A stretch of 32,000 bases of DNA from Mycobacterium tuberculosis H37Rv. GTDB taxonomy: Bacteria > Actinomycetota > Actinomycetes > Mycobacteriales > Mycobacteriaceae. This document shows positions 19,893 through 28,201 of this stretch, piece after piece (the stretch's first letter is position 1; each line of letters begins with the position of its first letter). The position numbers and the translations under genes were made by a program. The stretch covers positions 4,110,001-4,142,000 of the forward strand of contig NC_000962.3 of assembly GCF_000195955.2 (NCBI RefSeq). Direction: 5' to 3'. A model generated the notes under the pieces. That model was not told the origin of the DNA and searched no databases. It saw only the letters and a program-made list of their open reading frames with translations.

Positions 19893-20357
19893 CTATAGGC
19901 GTTCCTTGACCGCCGCCGACAAGCGTGCGCCGTCGGCTTTCCCGGCGGCGATCACGGTGGCCGCCTTCATTACCAGACCCATCTGTTTCATGCTGGGCCG
20001 ATGCCCGAGTTCTTCGGCCACCTCGGCTATGGCGGTGTCGGCGACATCGGCCAGTTCCCCCTCGGTGAGCGGCGTCGGGAGGTACTCGTCAATGATCCGT
20101 GCCTCGGCATGCTCGGTGGCGGCGAGCTCACCGCGGCCGTTTTGGGTGTAGATCTCCGCCGCCTCACCACGCTTGCGCGATTCCCTGGCCAACACCTTGA
20201 TCACCTCGTCGTCGGAGAGCTCTCTTGCCTGCTTGCCAGAGACCTCCTCGGTCTGGATCGCGGCCAGCAGCATGCGTATGGTCGCGGTCCGCAGCTTGTC
20301 CTGCGTCTTCATCGCTTGGGTCAGGTCTGACCGAAGCTGGGATTTAAGTTCCGCCAT
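19893..20357 (-). CDS. GatB/YqeY-domain protein (Rv3688c-like)
   Basis: MAELKSQLRSDLTQAMKTQDKLRTATIRMLLAAIQ...GHRPSMKQMGLVMKA, 154 aa from ATG at 20357. Confidence 0.92.
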   Translation of the reverse strand: MAELKSQLRSDLTQAMKTQDKLRTATIRMLLAAIQTEEVSGKQARELSDDEVIKVLARESRKRGEAAEIYTQNGRGELAATEHAEARIIDEYLPTPLTEGELADVADTAIAEVAEELGHRPSMKQMGLVMKAATVIAAGKADGARLSAAVKERL

Positions 20358-20476
20358 TGCACAAACGCTACGCGCCGCAACGCCCGAAACCCGACACTGA
20401 GACCTACATTGAGAAATGCACCGACCGCCGACAGGATGGAGGCCATGACGAACGACGACAGCTGCTGCGTCCGGTG

Positions 20477-21712
20477 AGCATGCTGCCGCCTGGCTACCCG
20501 GTTGAACCACCGCCCGTGGCGCCGGGATATGCGCCGGCCGGATATCCGCCCTACCCCGCTACACCACCCGGGTACGGCCCGCCGGGTTATGGTGCGCCGC
20601 CCAGCTATGGCCCCCCGCCTGGCTATGGTCCACCCCTCGGCTACCCCGCCGCACCGCCCGGCTGCGGCCCACCGCCCGGCTATGGCCCACCGCTCGGCTA
20701 TGGCCCACCGGTCGCCCCGGGCGCGGTCAAACCAGGAATAATCCCGCTGCGGCCGTTGACCTTGAGCGATATCTTCAACGGCGCGGTCGGCTACATCCGC
20801 GCTAACCCGAAGGCGACGCTGGGATTGACCGCCATGGTCGTGGTGACCCTGCAAATCATCTCACTGGTGGCCCTATTTGGCCCCATGACCGCCTTCGGTG
20901 ACATCGTGACCGGGGAGCCCGACGAGCTGACCGGCGCGGTGGTGGGCGGTTGGTCAGCGTCATTCGGCGCCAGTCTCCTGGTCAGCTGGCTAGCGGGTGT
21001 GCTGCTCAGCGGCATGCTCACCGTCATCGTCGGGCGGGCCGTGTTCGGTTCGCCGATCACCGTCGGCGAGGCGTGGGCCAAGGTTCGCGGTCGCCTGCTC
21101 GCGTTGTTCGGCCTGGCACTGCTGGAAGCAGCCGGCGTGGTGGCGGTGCTCGGGCTGGCGGTCGTCATACTTTCCGGGGTCGCGGCGGCGGCCAACGAGG
21201 CAGCGGCGGCCCTCCTCGGCTTCCCGCTGCTGCTCGTGGTTGGGGTGTCGCTGGCCTATTTGTATGTCGTCCTGCTGTTCGCACCCGTGCTGATCGTGCT
21301 GGAGAGGCTGCCCATCGTCGAGGCGATCACCAGATCCTTTGCGCTCGTGCGTCATGGCTTCTGGCGGGTCCTGGGCATCCGCCTGCTGACGGTGCTGGTG
21401 GTGGGCGTAGTTGGTAATGCGATCGCGGCTCCTTTCATGATCGTCGGCGAGATAGTGACGGCCGTCACAGCGTCCGACGGGTCAGTCACCATGCGGCTCG
21501 TCGGCGCTACGCTCTCGGCCATCGGAGTGACGATCGGCCAGATTGTCACCGCGCCGTTCAGCGCCGGAGTTGTCGTGCTGTTATACACCGACCGCCGTAT
21601 CCGTGCCGAGGCCTTCGACCTGGTATTGCAGACCGGCTTAGAAGCCGGCCCCGCCGGCGGGCCCGCCCCGGTGGAGTCCACCGACAACCTATGGCTCACG
21701 CGGCCTTTCTAA
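20477..21712 (+). CDS. Pro/Gly/Tyr-rich N-terminus plus polytopic membrane domain (Rv3689-like)
   Basis: ORF extends to 20357. GTG at 20477 (VSMLPPGYPVEPPP) preferred because 20357 collides with the divergent gene start. N-terminal GYGPPxGYG repeats, then multiple TM segments. Confidence 0.85.
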   Translation, partial: SMLPPGYPVEPPPVAPGYAPAGYPPYPATPPGYGPPGYGAPPSYGPPPGYGPPLGYPAAPPGCGPPPGYGPPLGYGPPVAPGAVKPGIIPLRPLTLSDIFNGAVGYIRANPKATLGLTAMVVVTLQIISLVALFGPMTAFGDIVTGEPDELTGAVVGGWSASFGASLLVSWLAGVLLSGMLTVIVGRAVFGSPITVGEAWAKVRGRLLALFGLALLEAAGVVAVLGLAVVILSGVAAAANEAAAALLGFPLLLVVGVSLAYLYVVLLFAPVLIVLERLPIVEAITRSFALVRHGFWRVLGIRLLTVLVVGVVGNAIAAPFMIVGEIVTAVTASDGSVTMRLVGATLSAIGVTIGQIVTAPFSAGVVVLLYTDRRIRAEAFDLVLQTGLEAGPAGGPAPVESTDNLWLTRPF

Positions 21713-21738
21713 AGGGAGTTAGTGAGGACAGGCTGACA

Positions 21739-22392
21739 GTGCCCTCCATCGACATCGACCGCGAAGCCGCACACCAAGCCGCACAACGCGAGCTCGACAA
21801 ACCGATCTACCCCAAAGACTCCCTGACCAAGGAACTCACCGACTGGATCGACGAGCAGCTGTACCGGATTTTGGAGAAGGGATCCTCGATACCTGGCGGT
21901 TGGTTCACCATCACCGTGCTGCTCATCTTGCTGATGATCGCGGTGACCGCCGCCGTCCAGATCGCACGGCGCACCATGCGCACCAACCGCGGCGGTGACT
22001 ACCAGTTGTTCGACGCCGGCCAATTGACCGCAGCCCAGCATCGCTCCACGGCTGAAAGCTATGCCGCCGAGGGTAATTGGGCTGCGGCGATCCGCCACCG
22101 GCTACAAGCCGTGGCTCGCGAGTTGGAGGAGACCGGCATGCTCAACCCGGCTGCCGGGCGCACCGCCAACGAGCTGGCCAGCGATGCGGGCGAGGTTTTA
22201 CCGCATCTGGCAGGGGAATTGACGCAGGCGGCAACCGCTTTCAACGACGTCACCTACGGCGAGCGGCCCGGAACCCAAGGCGCCTACCAAATGATCGCCG
22301 ACCTCGATGACCATCTGCGGTCCCGTTCACCGGCCGTCGTATCTGCAGTGCAGCACCCGGCCGTGTTCGACTCGTGGGCGCAGGTCCGGTGA
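21739..22392 (+). CDS. DUF4129-domain membrane protein (Rv3690-like)
   Basis: VPSIDIDREAAHQAAQRELDKPIY, central TM, then NWAAAIRHRLQAVARELEETGML and RTANELASDAG, the DUF4129 pattern. Confidence 0.85.
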   Translation: MPSIDIDREAAHQAAQRELDKPIYPKDSLTKELTDWIDEQLYRILEKGSSIPGGWFTITVLLILLMIAVTAAVQIARRTMRTNRGGDYQLFDAGQLTAAQHRSTAESYAAEGNWAAAIRHRLQAVARELEETGMLNPAAGRTANELASDAGEVLPHLAGELTQAATAFNDVTYGERPGTQGAYQMIADLDDHLRSRSPAVVSAVQHPAVFDSWAQVR

Positions 22393-23519
22393 TTCCCACA
22401 CGTCTCGCAACCGTGCGCCGCCGACGGCCGTGGCGCGGGGTGTTGCTCACGCTGGCCGCAGTCGCCGTCGTGGCCTCGATCGGCACCTATTTGACGGCGC
22501 CACGGCCTGGAGGCGCCATGGCCCCCGCGTCCACCAGCTCGACGGGGGGCCACGCGCTGGCGACGCTGCTTGGCAACCACGGCGTCGAGGTTGTCGTGGC
22601 CGACTCCATCGCCGATGTCGAAGCCGCGGCACGCCCCGACTCGCTGCTGTTGGTGGCGCAGACGCAGTATCTAGTCGACAACGCACTGCTGGATCGGCTG
22701 GCGAAAGCCCCCGGTGACCTGTTGCTGGTGGCACCCACCTCACGAACTCGTACGGCGCTGACGCCGCAACTGCGCATCGCGGCCGCCAGCCCATTCAACA
22801 GTCAGCCGAATTGTACGCTGCGGGAAGCTAATCGGGCAGGATCGGTGCAGTGGGGGCCCAGTGACACCTACCAGGCCACCGGCGACCTGGTGTTGACCAG
22901 CTGTTACGGCGGGGCATTGGTCCGCTTTCGTGCTGAGGGCCGAACCATCACGGTGGTTGGCAGCAGCAACTTCATGACCAACGGCGGCCTGCTGCCGGCC
23001 GGCAATGCCGCACTGGCCATGAACCTCGCGGGCAACCGGCCTCGTCTCGTCTGGTACGCGCCCGACCACATTGAGGGGGAAATGTCTTCTCCGTCATCTC
23101 TTTCCGACCTGATTCCGGAGAACGTGCACTGGACCATCTGGCAATTGTGGCTGGTGGTGCTCTTGGTGGCACTCTGGAAAGGCCGGCGGATCGGTCCACT
23201 GGTGGCCGAGGAGTTACCCGTTGTGATCCGCGCGTCGGAGACTGTCGAGGGTCGCGGTCGGTTGTACCGATCCCGTCGGGCGCGTGATCGCGCCGCGGAC
23301 GCACTACGCACCGCGACGCTGCAACGCCTGCGGCCCCGACTTGGGGTGGGCGCAGGCGCGCCGGCGCCAGCAGTGGTGACAACCATAGCGCAGCGCAGCA
23401 AAGCTGACCCGCCGTTTGTTGCCTACCATTTATTCGGCCCGGCACCGGCCACCGACAATGACCTGTTACAACTTGCCCGTGCGCTCGACGACATCGAAAG
23501 GCAGGTCACCCACTCGTGA
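22389..23519 (+). CDS. DUF4350-domain protein (Rv3691-like)
   Basis: TM near N-terminus, YLTAPRPGG, GGHALATLLGNHGVEV, second TM WQLWLVVLLVALWKGRRIGPLV. GTG overlaps the upstream TGA. Confidence 0.85.
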   Translation: MIPTRLATVRRRRPWRGVLLTLAAVAVVASIGTYLTAPRPGGAMAPASTSSTGGHALATLLGNHGVEVVVADSIADVEAAARPDSLLLVAQTQYLVDNALLDRLAKAPGDLLLVAPTSRTRTALTPQLRIAAASPFNSQPNCTLREANRAGSVQWGPSDTYQATGDLVLTSCYGGALVRFRAEGRTITVVGSSNFMTNGGLLPAGNAALAMNLAGNRPRLVWYAPDHIEGEMSSPSSLSDLIPENVHWTIWQLWLVVLLVALWKGRRIGPLVAEELPVVIRASETVEGRGRLYRSRRARDRAADALRTATLQRLRPRLGVGAGAPAPAVVTTIAQRSKADPPFVAYHLFGPAPATDNDLLQLARALDDIERQVTHS

Positions 23520-24592
23520 CACAGTCCGCGTCCAACCCGCAAGCTCCTCCCACCCAAACCCCTGGCGCTGAATTGCCCGGCTATCCCCCGCAAGCGGGTG
23601 GTGCCCCTACAGCGGCCCCTTCCGGGCCGCATCCTCACCGGGCTGAAGCAGAATCGGCACGTGATGCATTGCTGGCATTACGCGCCGAGGTCGCCAAGGC
23701 CGTCGTCGGACAGGACGGGGTGATCAGCGGCCTGGTGATCGCTCTGTTGTGCCGTGGGCACGTGCTCCTGGAAGGTGTTCCAGGAGTGGCGAAGACGCTG
23801 ATTGTCCGCGCTATGTCCGCCGCTTTGCAACTGGAGTTCAAGCGGGTGCAGTTCACCCCTGACCTGATGCCAGGCGACGTCACCGGTTCACTGGTCTACG
23901 ATGCCCGCACCGCCGAGTTCGTGTTCCGGCCGGGCCCGGTGTTCACCAATTTGCTGCTGGCCGATGAGATCAACCGCACCCCACCCAAGACGCAGGCCGC
24001 GCTGCTCGAGGCGATGGAAGAGCGTCAAGTCAGTGTGGAGGGTGAGCCTAAGCCGCTGCCCAACCCGTTCATCGTCGCCGCGACGCAGAACCCGATCGAA
24101 TACGAGGGCACCTATCAGTTGCCCGAAGCCCAACTGGATCGTTTCCTGCTGAAACTGAATGTGACACTGCCGGCACGCGATTCCGAGATCGCCATCCTTG
24201 ACCGGCACGCGCACGGGTTCGACCCGCGCGATCTATCCGCGATCAATCCGGTGGCCGGGCCGGCCGAGCTGGCGGCTGGCCGCGAGGCGGTGCGCCACGT
24301 GCTGGTCGCTAATGAGGTGCTGGGCTACATCGTCGACATCGTCGGGGCCACCCGCTCCTCGCCCGCACTACAGCTCGGTGTGTCGCCGCGTGGGGCAACC
24401 GCCCTGCTGGGCACCGCCCGGTCCTGGGCGTGGCTGTCCGGGCGCGATTACGTCACCCCCGACGACGTGAAGGCGATGGCCCGACCGACGCTACGCCACC
24501 GGGTGATGCTACGCCCGGAAGCCGAGCTGGAAGGCGCCACACCCGACGGCGTTCTCGACGGAATTCTGGCCTCGGTTCCGGTGCCCCGCTAG
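23516..24592 (+). CDS. moxR2: MoxR-family AAA+ ATPase
   Basis: 358 aa. Walker A-like LLEGVPGVAKT, Walker B LLLADEINRTPPKTQAALLEAMEE, ATQNPIEYEGTY. Confidence 0.94.
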   Translation: MTQSASNPQAPPTQTPGAELPGYPPQAGGAPTAAPSGPHPHRAEAESARDALLALRAEVAKAVVGQDGVISGLVIALLCRGHVLLEGVPGVAKTLIVRAMSAALQLEFKRVQFTPDLMPGDVTGSLVYDARTAEFVFRPGPVFTNLLLADEINRTPPKTQAALLEAMEERQVSVEGEPKPLPNPFIVAATQNPIEYEGTYQLPEAQLDRFLLKLNVTLPARDSEIAILDRHAHGFDPRDLSAINPVAGPAELAAGREAVRHVLVANEVLGYIVDIVGATRSSPALQLGVSPRGATALLGTARSWAWLSGRDYVTPDDVKAMARPTLRHRVMLRPEAELEGATPDGVLDGILASVPVPR

Positions 24593-24633
24593 TGATCCGT
24601 GTGATCGGCGCCGGCGACGATGCAGTGGGGGCA

Positions 24634-24713
24634 CCACCCGCTTGCGGGGGACGAAGCGATGGGGTGGGGGTACGCCCCCACAAGTGGGAGGTACCCCCAC
24701 CCGCTTGCGGGGG
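24634..24713 (+). repeat. Two copies of ccacccgcttgcggggga flanking tgggggtac-type inverted sequence upstream of the DUF58 gene
   Basis: Copies at 24634-24651 and 24696-24713. A variant cccgcttgcaggggg lies at 4311-4325. Confidence 0.85.
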
Positions 24714-24725
24714 AGAGCGGCGCAG

Positions 24726-26048
24726 ATGATCCTAACCGGACGCACCGGCTTGCTGGCCCTGATCTGCGTCCTGCCGATAGCGCTGTCCCCTTGGCCGGCA
24801 AGGGCTTTCGTGATGTTGCTGGTGGCGCTTGCGGTAGCGGTGACCGTGGACACCCTGCTAGCGGCCAGCACCCGTAAGTTGCGCTTTACCCGCTCGCCGT
24901 ATACCTCCGCCCGGCTCGGGCAGCCCGTGGACGCGAGCCTGCTGCTCTGCAATGGGGGCCGCCGCCGGTTCCGCGGCCAGGTTCGTGACGCCTGGCCGCC
25001 CAGTGCCCGTGCGCAGCCGCACACCCACGATGTCGACGTGGCTGCCGGGCAGCGCCAGCAGGTGCACACCGCACTGCGGCCAGTTCGGCGTGGGGACCAG
25101 CGCGCAGCAATGGTCACGGCCCGTTCGATCGGACCACTGGGGTTGGCGGGACGGCAGAGTTCACAGTCGGTGCCCGGCTTGGTCCGGGTGCTGCCGCCGT
25201 TCCTGTCTCGCAAGCACCTGCCGTCGAGGCTGGCCAAGCTGCGGGAGATCGACGGGCTGTTACCCACGTTGATACGCGGCCAAGGCACCGAATTCGATTC
25301 GCTGCGCGAGTATGTCGTCGGCGACGACGTCCGCTCGATCGATTGGCGCGCGAGCGCACGCCGCGCCGATGTCATGGTCCGCACCTGGCGGCCCGAACGG
25401 GACCGCCGAGTCGTCATCGTGCTCGACACCGGACGCATGGCGGCGGGGCGGGTCGGTGTCGACCCGACCGCCGCCGATCCCGCCGGGTGGCCGCGGCTGG
25501 ACTGGTCCATGGATGCCGCACTGCTGTTGGCGGCACTGGCGTCACGAGCCGGCGACCATGTCGACTTCCTGGCCCACGACCGGATCAGCCGCGCCGGCGT
25601 GTTTGGCGCCTCGCGTAGCGAACTGCTTGCCCAACTGGTCGATGCCATGGCCCCGCTGCGACCGGCGCTTATCGAATCCGACTGGCATGCAATGATTGCC
25701 ACCATCTTGCGGCGCACCCGGAGGCGATCGCTGGTGGTGCTGCTGACCGACCTCAACGCGACCGCTCTCGACGAGGGCCTGTTGCCGGTGCTGCCGCAGT
25801 TGTCGGCCCGACACCATGTGCTGGTCGCCGCGGTTGCCGACCCGCGCGTCGATCAACTGGCCGCCGGGCGGTCCGACGCGGCAGCGGTGTACGACGCTGC
25901 GGCTGCGGAGCGCGCCCGCAACGACCGGCGTGCGATCGCGTCACAACTGCGCCGAGGCGGGGTAGATGTCATCGACGCTCCTCCCGCCGAAATCGCACCC
26001 GGACTTGCGGATCGCTACCTGGCGATGAAAGCGACCGGCCGCCTCTAA
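24726..26048 (+). CDS. DUF58 / vWA-like protein (Rv3693-like)
   Basis: MILTGRTGLLALICVLPIALSPW... then FDSLREYVVGDDVRSIDWRASARRADVMVRTW, the DUF58 signature. Start at 24726 gives 440 aa. Confidence 0.93.
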   Translation: MILTGRTGLLALICVLPIALSPWPARAFVMLLVALAVAVTVDTLLAASTRKLRFTRSPYTSARLGQPVDASLLLCNGGRRRFRGQVRDAWPPSARAQPHTHDVDVAAGQRQQVHTALRPVRRGDQRAAMVTARSIGPLGLAGRQSSQSVPGLVRVLPPFLSRKHLPSRLAKLREIDGLLPTLIRGQGTEFDSLREYVVGDDVRSIDWRASARRADVMVRTWRPERDRRVVIVLDTGRMAAGRVGVDPTAADPAGWPRLDWSMDAALLLAALASRAGDHVDFLAHDRISRAGVFGASRSELLAQLVDAMAPLRPALIESDWHAMIATILRRTRRRSLVVLLTDLNATALDEGLLPVLPQLSARHHVLVAAVADPRVDQLAAGRSDAAAVYDAAAAERARNDRRAIASQLRRGGVDVIDAPPAEIAPGLADRYLAMKATGRL

Positions 26049-26063
26049 TTTCCGACCTCCATT

Positions 26064-26109
26064 GTGAAATGTGCGACGCCAGCGCGGCGTGTCGTGTCGC
26101 GAGTTTCAC
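26064..26109. terminator. Stem-loop between convergent DUF58 and SpoIIM-like genes, candidate bidirectional terminator
   Basis: GTGAAAtgtGCGAC ... GTCGCgagTTTCAC imperfect inverted repeat. Confidence 0.4.
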
Positions 26110-26121
26110 TCTCGGGGGAGT

Positions 26122-27114
26122 TCAGCCGGTCGGGACCACGTCGGGCGCGTCCTCCATGTCGCCGGTCTCCCCGGCTTGCGCGGCACGACGACCGAAGTAG
26201 CCGATGTAGGACAGAAACACCGCCTCGGCGATGATCCCGACGGCGATCCGAACAAACGTCGGCAACGGCGACGGTGTCACCACCGCCTCGATCAGACCTG
26301 CGACCAGAAACACACCCACCAAGCCCACCGCGACCGACACGACACCACGTCCTTGCTCGGCGAGGACCTGTCCGCGCGGGCGGTTGCCTGCAGATATCAC
26401 CGACCACCCCAGCCGCATCCCAATCGCCGCGGCGAGAAAGACGGCCGTCAGCTCCAGCAGCCCGTGCGGAAGAAGCAGGCCCAGCAGGAAATCGCCCTTC
26501 CCCGCCTGGAACATCAGCCCGGCGATCAGTCCGACGTTGGCGGCGTTATCGAAGAGCACCAGCGGTATCGGCAGCCCCAGCACAACAGACATCGCGATGC
26601 ACGTGGTAGCCACCCAGGAGTTGTTCACCCAGACCTGCAGAGCGAACGACGCGGCCGGGTGCTCGCTGTAATAGGACTGGACGTCATGGCTGACCAATTC
26701 GTCTATCTCAGTGGGCGTCCCGATCGCGGACTGCACCTCGTGACTGCCGGCCACCCAGAACCCGATCAGCACCACGACGGCGAAAAACGCCACCGCAGTC
26801 GCCAGCCACCACCGCCAGGTACGGTAGGCCACGACCGGGAACGACACTGTCCAGAACCGAATGAACGTACGGGTCAGCGGTGCGTGCGCGCCTGTGACCG
26901 CGGACCGAGCCCGCGCGACTAGACTCGACAGCCGACCGGTCATCAACTGGTCCGACGAAGCCGATCTGAGCATCGACAGATGCGTGGACACACGCTGATA
27001 TAGCTCGACGAGTTCGTCGATTTCGGCTCCGCTCAGTGAATGGCGCTTCTTGATCAAGTGGTCGAGCCGGTCCCACGTGCCGCGGTTGGTCAGCAAGAAC
27101 GCGTCGACGTCCAC
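26122..27114 (-). CDS. SpoIIM-family (stage II sporulation protein M-like) membrane protein (Rv3694c-like)
   Basis: VDVDAFLLTNRGTWDRLDHLIKK...LVELYQRVSTHLSMLRS...LPHGLLELTAVFLAAAIGMRLGWS. GTG at 27114 gives 330 aa. Confidence 0.9.
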   Translation of the reverse strand: MDVDAFLLTNRGTWDRLDHLIKKRHSLSGAEIDELVELYQRVSTHLSMLRSASSDQLMTGRLSSLVARARSAVTGAHAPLTRTFIRFWTVSFPVVAYRTWRWWLATAVAFFAVVVLIGFWVAGSHEVQSAIGTPTEIDELVSHDVQSYYSEHPAASFALQVWVNNSWVATTCIAMSVVLGLPIPLVLFDNAANVGLIAGLMFQAGKGDFLLGLLLPHGLLELTAVFLAAAIGMRLGWSVISAGNRPRGQVLAEQGRGVVSVAVGLVGVFLVAGLIEAVVTPSPLPTFVRIAVGIIAEAVFLSYIGYFGRRAAQAGETGDMEDAPDVVPTG

Positions 27115-27205
27115 CCTGCGCAGCCTACCTAAGCCGCCGAGCGTGAGCGGTGGCCAATGCCGAGTGCAGCAGAGCACCGCACCAAAGCCTGTAGCGTTTG
27201 TTGGT

Positions 27206-28138
27206 ATGTCGGAGGTGGTGACCGGCGACGCCGTGGTGCTCGACGTACAGATCGCCCAGTTGCCGGTGCGCGCGGTCAGCGCGGTCATCGATATCACCAT
27301 AATATTCATCGGCTACATCCTCGGTCTGATGCTGTGGGCGACCGCCCTGACCCAGTTCGACGAAGCCTTGACCACCGCATTCCTGATCATCTTCACGGTG
27401 CTGGCGCTGGTCGGCTATCCCCTGGTCTGGGAAACCGCAACGCGGGGCCGATCAGTGGGGAAGATCGTGATGGGTCTGCGGGTGGTGTCAGACGACGGTG
27501 GCCCGGAGCGGTTCCGGCAGGCGCTGTTTCGCGCGTTAGCGTCGGTGGTGGAGATCTGGATGCTGCTCGGGAGCCCCGCCGTGATCTGCAGCATGTTGTC
27601 GCCAAAAGCCAAGCGAGTCGGCGACGTCTTCGCGGGCACGGTCGTTGTCAGCGAACGTGGTCCGCGGTTGGGGCCGCCGCCGGTGATGCCACCGTCGCTG
27701 GCCTGGTGGGCGTCGTCGCTGCAATTGTCTGGGCTTACCGCCGGCCAAGCCGAGGTTGCACGTCAATTTCTGGTGCGGGCACCGCAACTCGATCCTGCGC
27801 TACGCGAGCAGATGGCCTACCGGATCGCCGGTGATGTGGTTGCCCGCATCGCTCCGCCGCCGCCACCCGGAGTTCCACCACAGTTGGTCCTGGCCGCCGT
27901 CCTCGCCGAACGACACCGGCGTGAACTGTTGCGACTGCGTCCCACGCTGCCTCCCGCAGGACAGGCGCCATGGGCCCAAATGGCGCCTCATCGGGGTTGG
28001 CCGCCCGGTTTGTCCGGCGCCACGCCGTGGTCTCCTCAGCAGCCGGTGATCCCCTGGCCGGAGCCAGATCCGCCACCGCAAGCCGCTCCCTGGCCGCAGC
28101 AGGCGCCGGACGGCCCGGGATTCTCGCCGCCGGGCTAG
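27206..28138 (+). CDS. RDD-family membrane protein (Rv3695-like)
   Basis: MSEVVTGDAVVLDVQIAQLPVRAVSAVIDITI, RGRSVGKIVMGLRVV, Pro-rich C-terminus. Confidence 0.9.
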   Translation: MSEVVTGDAVVLDVQIAQLPVRAVSAVIDITIIFIGYILGLMLWATALTQFDEALTTAFLIIFTVLALVGYPLVWETATRGRSVGKIVMGLRVVSDDGGPERFRQALFRALASVVEIWMLLGSPAVICSMLSPKAKRVGDVFAGTVVVSERGPRLGPPPVMPPSLAWWASSLQLSGLTAGQAEVARQFLVRAPQLDPALREQMAYRIAGDVVARIAPPPPPGVPPQLVLAAVLAERHRRELLRLRPTLPPAGQAPWAQMAPHRGWPPGLSGATPWSPQQPVIPWPEPDPPPQAAPWPQQAPDGPGFSPPG

Positions 28139-28201
28139 CAGCTAGTCTTCGCTGCGCCGGATCCCCCGAGCGTGCGGACATGTTCAGGCGCACAGCGAAA
28201 G

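Noticed and set aside
20357-20476. Upstream TTG start of the Rv3689-like ORF
   Set aside because: It collides with the start codon of the well-supported divergent YqeY-like gene, and the extension has atypical composition. GTG at 20477 fits better.
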